DNA from: Spirochaetia bacterium
GTDB lineage: Bacteria > Spirochaetota > Spirochaetia > SZUA-6 > Bin103
Direction of reading: 5' to 3'
NCBI GenBank assembly: GCA_965203905.1
Contig: CBDBDQ010000005.1
Coordinates: 7,488,001-7,552,000 of the forward strand
Length of the DNA stretch: 64,000 nucleotides
Positions within the stretch are counted from its first letter, which is position 1, and each line of letters opens with the position of its first letter. Below, one piece after another: positions 60,106 through 64,000 of this stretch. Below the pieces are notes generated by a model. The model had not been told where the DNA came from and ran no database searches. It saw only the letters and a program-made list of their open reading frames with translations. The position numbers were made by a program, and so were the translations under genes.

Positions 60106-60218
60106 CCACGATCACTCCGAGACACGGGAGGCCATAAAAACGGCGCATGGGGCAGTGCAGGGTGGCCGCCATTCTCGGACCAGGCATCAGCGCTCAGGCA
60201 CGCCGGCGCCACACGGGC

Positions 60219-60246
60219 TTGACGGCAGGCGGTAGCCGTGTAGTGT
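60219..60246 (+). promoter_or_regulatory. Candidate sigma70 promoter for the second ABC operon
   Basis: TTGACG-N16-TAGTGT; GAGGAGG SD before ATG 60308. Confidence 0.45.
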
Positions 60247-60307
60247 ATCGGTGGACATCGTTGGCGCCGGGCGGATCCCGGGAGCCACGGTTGGAGAGGA
60301 GGTCGAG

Positions 60308-62341
60308 ATGACTGAATCATTGAGAGGAGCCGCCTGGCGTGCGCTCTTCGTGGCAGCGCTCATCCTGCCGGCGGCGGTCTTTGCCGCGGGCTCGGAGGAC
60401 ACCACCGCAACGGAAGAGATGGAGGCCATGGAAACGGACGGGGCCTTCAACTACGAACACGAGTACGGCACCTACCACTGGGTCACCCCGGCGGCGTTCC
60501 AGCAGGCCACCGGCCAGACCGTGGGGGCCTTCAAGGAGGCGCCGCAGTTGGCGCAACTGGTCAGCGAGGGCAAGCTGCCGCCAGTCGAGGACCGGCTGCC
60601 GCTGGAACCGCTGGTGCTGGGGCGCGAGATCGGCACCTACGGCGGCACCCTGCACGTGGGCGGCGGCCACTTCGTCGCGTTCCAGTACGCCATGACCCCG
60701 TACAGCAACTACGGCGTCGGACTCGCGGAGCACACCTGGACCCAGGGCACCTATCCGAACCTGGTGAAAGGCTGGGACGTGGAGGAGGACGGCAGAAAGT
60801 ACACCCTGCATCTGCGCGAAGGCCTGCGCTACTCCGACGGCGAGCCGTTCACGGCCGACGACATCATGTTCTGGTGGGAGCACATCGTACCGACCAACCC
60901 CACCTTTCCCGACCTTTTCACGCGCATCATCATCTCCACCGGTCTGTACGACAACATCGTCAAGATCGACGACTACACCGTGCGCGTGGAGTACAGCAAG
61001 CCGTCCGACAACCTGTTCTGGGTGCACTTCGGCAAGGCGGTCCCCGCCCACCAGAAGAAGTACTTCAGCCAGTTCCATCCCGAGTTCCAGGACGAGGACA
61101 AGCTGGACGAGATGGTGAAGGAGGCGGGGTTCAGCAACTGGATCGAGCTCTACGAGTACAAGCTGGACATCCGCGGCAACGTCAACACCGAACGTCCCAT
61201 CCTACTGGCCTGGGCCCTGAAGCAGGTTCCGCCCGACGACTACATCCTGGAGCGCAACCCCTACTTCTGGGCGGTCGACCCGGCCGGCAACCAGCTTCCC
61301 TACCTCGATCGGATCTACGGCTTCGTAGGGCTGGAGCCGGAGGTGCGTGACCTGAAGGCGCAGGCGGGCGAGCTCGACTTCGCCGACGTGCCGATGGCCA
61401 CCTACCGGCTGATCAAGGAGAAGGAGTCGGAGGGCAAGATCCGCGGCCAGCGCATGGCCGGGGTGGCCCTGAACTCGGCCCAGCTCAGCTTCAACCTGAA
61501 CCACAAGGACCCGGCGGTGCGCGAGATCTTCATGGACAAGCGGTTCCGGTTCGCGGCCTCCCACGCGCTCAACCGCGAGCGCATCAGCGAGCTGGTGTTC
61601 CTGGGTCTGGTGCCACCGTGGCAGGTCGCCTCGCACGCCGGCAGCGACTACTACCACGAGCGGATGGCGCACTCCTACCTCGAGTACGATCCGGAAAAGA
61701 CCAAGGCGATGTTCGACGAGATCGGCCTGCCGGTCGGCGACGACGGTTTCCGCAGGCGGCTCGACGGCGAACCACTGCAGATCAACCTGCTCGCCTGGGA
61801 CAACTCGCGGGTGCAGTCGGCAAGAATCGCGGAGATGATGGCCGAGGACCTGCAGGCGGTCGGCCTGGACGTCAACCTGAAGATCATGGAGGGGGGCGTG
61901 GTCCGGCAGACCACCACCGCCAATGAGCAGGACGCCGTGGTGGTGCCCGCCGCCTGGACCACCATCGAGGGCGGCTTCTGGCTGGGCAACTCGGCTACCG
62001 CGTTCGTGCCGGTGCACACCAATGGCAGCATGCACGCCCAGTTGTGGTACGAGTGGTACGAGTCGTTCGGCGAGAAGGGCGAGCAGCCGCCGCCCGAGAT
62101 GGTGCAGGTGATGGAATGGTACCGCGAGGGCCTGGGCACGACCGACGCCGCCGAGCGCAAGGATATCTGGTTCCGCATCGTCGACGTGGCCGCCGACAAC
62201 CTGTGGGTAATCGGAACCGTGCAGCACCCGGGTTATTTCAAGGTGCTCAACACCAAGCTGGCAAATTACCCGGAAGATACCCTGCCGTGGGACCGGGGCG
62301 GCGACAAGGGGCGCCCCGAGATCTGGTTCTACCGCGAATAG
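60308..62341 (+). CDS. Family-5 ABC substrate-binding protein (peptide/oligosaccharide type)
   Basis: Signal AVFAAG; FKEAPQLA..V..GKLPPVEDRLP.EP; YGGTL; SDGEPFTADD; ERNPYFW.VD..GNQLPYLD. Confidence 0.92.
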   Translation: MTESLRGAAWRALFVAALILPAAVFAAGSEDTTATEEMEAMETDGAFNYEHEYGTYHWVTPAAFQQATGQTVGAFKEAPQLAQLVSEGKLPPVEDRLPLEPLVLGREIGTYGGTLHVGGGHFVAFQYAMTPYSNYGVGLAEHTWTQGTYPNLVKGWDVEEDGRKYTLHLREGLRYSDGEPFTADDIMFWWEHIVPTNPTFPDLFTRIIISTGLYDNIVKIDDYTVRVEYSKPSDNLFWVHFGKAVPAHQKKYFSQFHPEFQDEDKLDEMVKEAGFSNWIELYEYKLDIRGNVNTERPILLAWALKQVPPDDYILERNPYFWAVDPAGNQLPYLDRIYGFVGLEPEVRDLKAQAGELDFADVPMATYRLIKEKESEGKIRGQRMAGVALNSAQLSFNLNHKDPAVREIFMDKRFRFAASHALNRERISELVFLGLVPPWQVASHAGSDYYHERMAHSYLEYDPEKTKAMFDEIGLPVGDDGFRRRLDGEPLQINLLAWDNSRVQSARIAEMMAEDLQAVGLDVNLKIMEGGVVRQTTTANEQDAVVVPAAWTTIEGGFWLGNSATAFVPVHTNGSMHAQLWYEWYESFGEKGEQPPPEMVQVMEWYREGLGTTDAAERKDIWFRIVDVAADNLWVIGTVQHPGYFKVLNTKLANYPEDTLPWDRGGDKGRPEIWFYRE

Positions 62342-62388
62342 GGCAATGCGAGGGCTGACGCACCCGCGGCGAGAGCCCGGGCGCGCCA

Positions 62389-62512
62389 GCAGCCCCTGGC
62401 GGACCCCGGCGTCGCACGGCTCGAGTGCAGCCGGGGGTTCGCCACGGGCTGCGAGGAAGCCCGCAAATGGGCAGCGGACGGTGCGCGCGCCGCGTGCCGC
62501 CCGCCGCTGTCC
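62389..62512 (+). terminator. Two GC-rich stem-loops between the SBP and permease genes (partial terminator / mRNA stabiliser)
   Basis: GCAGCCC-c-TGGCGGACCCCGGC...GCCGGGGGTTCGCCA-c-GGGCTGC (62389-62452); GGGCAGCGG...CCGCTGTCC (to 62512). Confidence 0.5.
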
Positions 62513-62533
62513 TCGCCTGGTTGTACGCCGACC

Positions 62534-63520
62534 ATGACCGAGTACCTGATTCGCCGGGTGCTGCTGATCGTCCCGGTGCTGCTGCTCATCTCGGGGCTCG
62601 CCTTCATCGTGATGGAGGCGCCGCCGGGCGACTTCGTCACCTCCTACATGATGCGGCAGGCGGAGCAGGGCGCACTGTTCGACGGCGCCGGAGTCGAGGA
62701 AGGACTGCGCGCCATGTGGGGGCTGGACAAGCCGTGGTACGTCCGCTACCTGCGCTGGCTCGGCAACCTGCTGCGCGGCAACCTGGGCTACTCGCTGTCA
62801 TGGCAGGCGCCCGTGCACGAGATCATCGCCTCGCGCTTCGTGCTCAGCATGACCGTGGCGCTGGCCGCGACCGTGCTGGTGTGGGTGATCGCGTTCCCGA
62901 TCGGGATCTACTCGGCCACCCGGCAATACTCCTTGTCCGACAACGCCGTCACCTTCGTCGGCTTCCTCGGACTGTCGATTCCCAACTTCCTGCTGGCGCT
63001 GATCATGATGTATCTCGCCAACCGCTTCCTGAACGTGTCGATCGGCGGCCTGTTCTCGCAGAAGTACGTCACCGCCGAGTGGAGCTGGGGCAAGCTGCTC
63101 GACTTCATCGGGCACCTGTGGGTGCCGATCATCGTGATCGGGGTGGCCGGCACCGCGGGTCTGATCCGGATTCTGCGCGCCAACCTGCTGGACGAGATCA
63201 GCAAGTCGTACGTGGAGATGGCGCGGGCCAAGGGGCTGCGCGAGACGGTGCTGATCATGAAGTACCCGGTGCGCATCGCCATCAACCCGTTCATCTCGTC
63301 GATCGGCTGGGTGCTGCCGGGCATGATCTCCGGCGACGTGATCGTGTCGGTGGTGCTGGGCCTGCCCACCGCCGGGCCGCTGTTCCTGCAGGCGCTGCGG
63401 CAGCAGGACATGATGCTAGCCGGCGCCTACATCATGCTGATCTCGGTGTGTACGGTGGTCGGGATCCTGCTGTCGGACATCCTGCTGGCGGTGGTGGATC
63501 CCCGCATCAGGTACCACTAG
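62534..63520 (+). CDS. DppB/OppB-type ABC permease
   Basis: YLIRRVL; PPGDFVT; GNLGYS; YVEMARAKGL; VDPRIRY. Confidence 0.93.
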   Translation: MTEYLIRRVLLIVPVLLLISGLAFIVMEAPPGDFVTSYMMRQAEQGALFDGAGVEEGLRAMWGLDKPWYVRYLRWLGNLLRGNLGYSLSWQAPVHEIIASRFVLSMTVALAATVLVWVIAFPIGIYSATRQYSLSDNAVTFVGFLGLSIPNFLLALIMMYLANRFLNVSIGGLFSQKYVTAEWSWGKLLDFIGHLWVPIIVIGVAGTAGLIRILRANLLDEISKSYVEMARAKGLRETVLIMKYPVRIAINPFISSIGWVLPGMISGDVIVSVVLGLPTAGPLFLQALRQQDMMLAGAYIMLISVCTVVGILLSDILLAVVDPRIRYH

Positions 63521-63531
63521 ACCGGGACCAG

Positions 63532-64000
63532 ATGGCGACCGACCTGGCGACCCACGAGGCGCTGACCGCACCGCGCCCCAGCATCCCGCAGTGGCGGCTG
63601 GTGTGGCGCAAGTTCCGCAAGAGCCGGATGGCGGTGGCCGGCGCCGTGGTCATCGTCATCTGCTACCTCATGGCCGCCTTCGCCGAGTTCTGCGCGCCCT
63701 ACGATCCGCGCTTCCGCGACATCGACCACCCGGCCACGCCTCCGATGCGGGTACGCCTGTTCGCCGACGGCCGGCTGCAGCGGCCGTTCGTGTACGGCGT
63801 GGTAAAGACGGTCAACATGGAGACTCTCACGAGGAGCTACGAGATCGACCCCGAGCGGCGCCACCCGCTGGCGCTGTTCGTGCGCGGCGACGGCTACCGG
63901 CTGTGGGACCTGTGGGAGGGTGAGCTGCACCTGTTCGGCACCGCCGACGGCGGCCGGGCGTACCTGCTCGGCACCGACCGCGACGGCCGCGACCTGCTGT
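63532..64000 (+). CDS. DppC/OppC-type ABC permease, 3'-truncated by window edge
   Basis: MATD...QWRLVWRKFRKSRMA...FAEFCAPYDP...YLLGTDRDGRDLL; open to the end of the window. Confidence 0.9.
   Translation, partial: MATDLATHEALTAPRPSIPQWRLVWRKFRKSRMAVAGAVVIVICYLMAAFAEFCAPYDPRFRDIDHPATPPMRVRLFADGRLQRPFVYGVVKTVNMETLTRSYEIDPERRHPLALFVRGDGYRLWDLWEGELHLFGTADGGRAYLLGTDRDGRDLL

Overview
Very GC-rich bacterial chromosomal window with about 50 genes. The exported-protein signal peptides (…AVFAAGSE, …AAFAAPAGE, …SAWAAGLGE) resemble those of high-GC Spirochaetaceae; that assignment is inference only. The backbone is housekeeping and metabolic: two peptide ABC transporter operons, M42 peptidase, clpB, a moeA-moaA-moaC-moaD-moaE-msrP-msrQ operon, moxR-DUF58-transglutaminase-ribA, aspS, cysK-trmL, acnA and an FAD/Fe-S oxidoreductase. 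Small accessory modules are scattered through it. (1) A DUF222-HNH endonuclease gene has an internal perfect 14-bp palindrome and a structured ~345-bp non-coding leader. (2) An AT-richer ABC-ATPase plus TOPRIM-like (DUF4276-type) gene pair has PARIS-like defence architecture, and its second gene is broken by a 1-nt frameshift. (3) An AAA+–wHTH–PD-(D/E)xK (DUF4143) gene is preceded by a perfect 18-bp inverted repeat. (4) An IS-end-like footprint sits at a CTAG. (5) An RHH plus 2-TM small gene pair lies next to a vapBC locus whose toxin start appears interrupted by a 23-bp insert. Many operon-first genes have a TANNNT box 5-7 nt before the start codon, suggesting leaderless mRNAs. No rRNA, tRNA, CRISPR array or transposase was recognised. 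All family calls come from motif recognition by eye, with no database searches.
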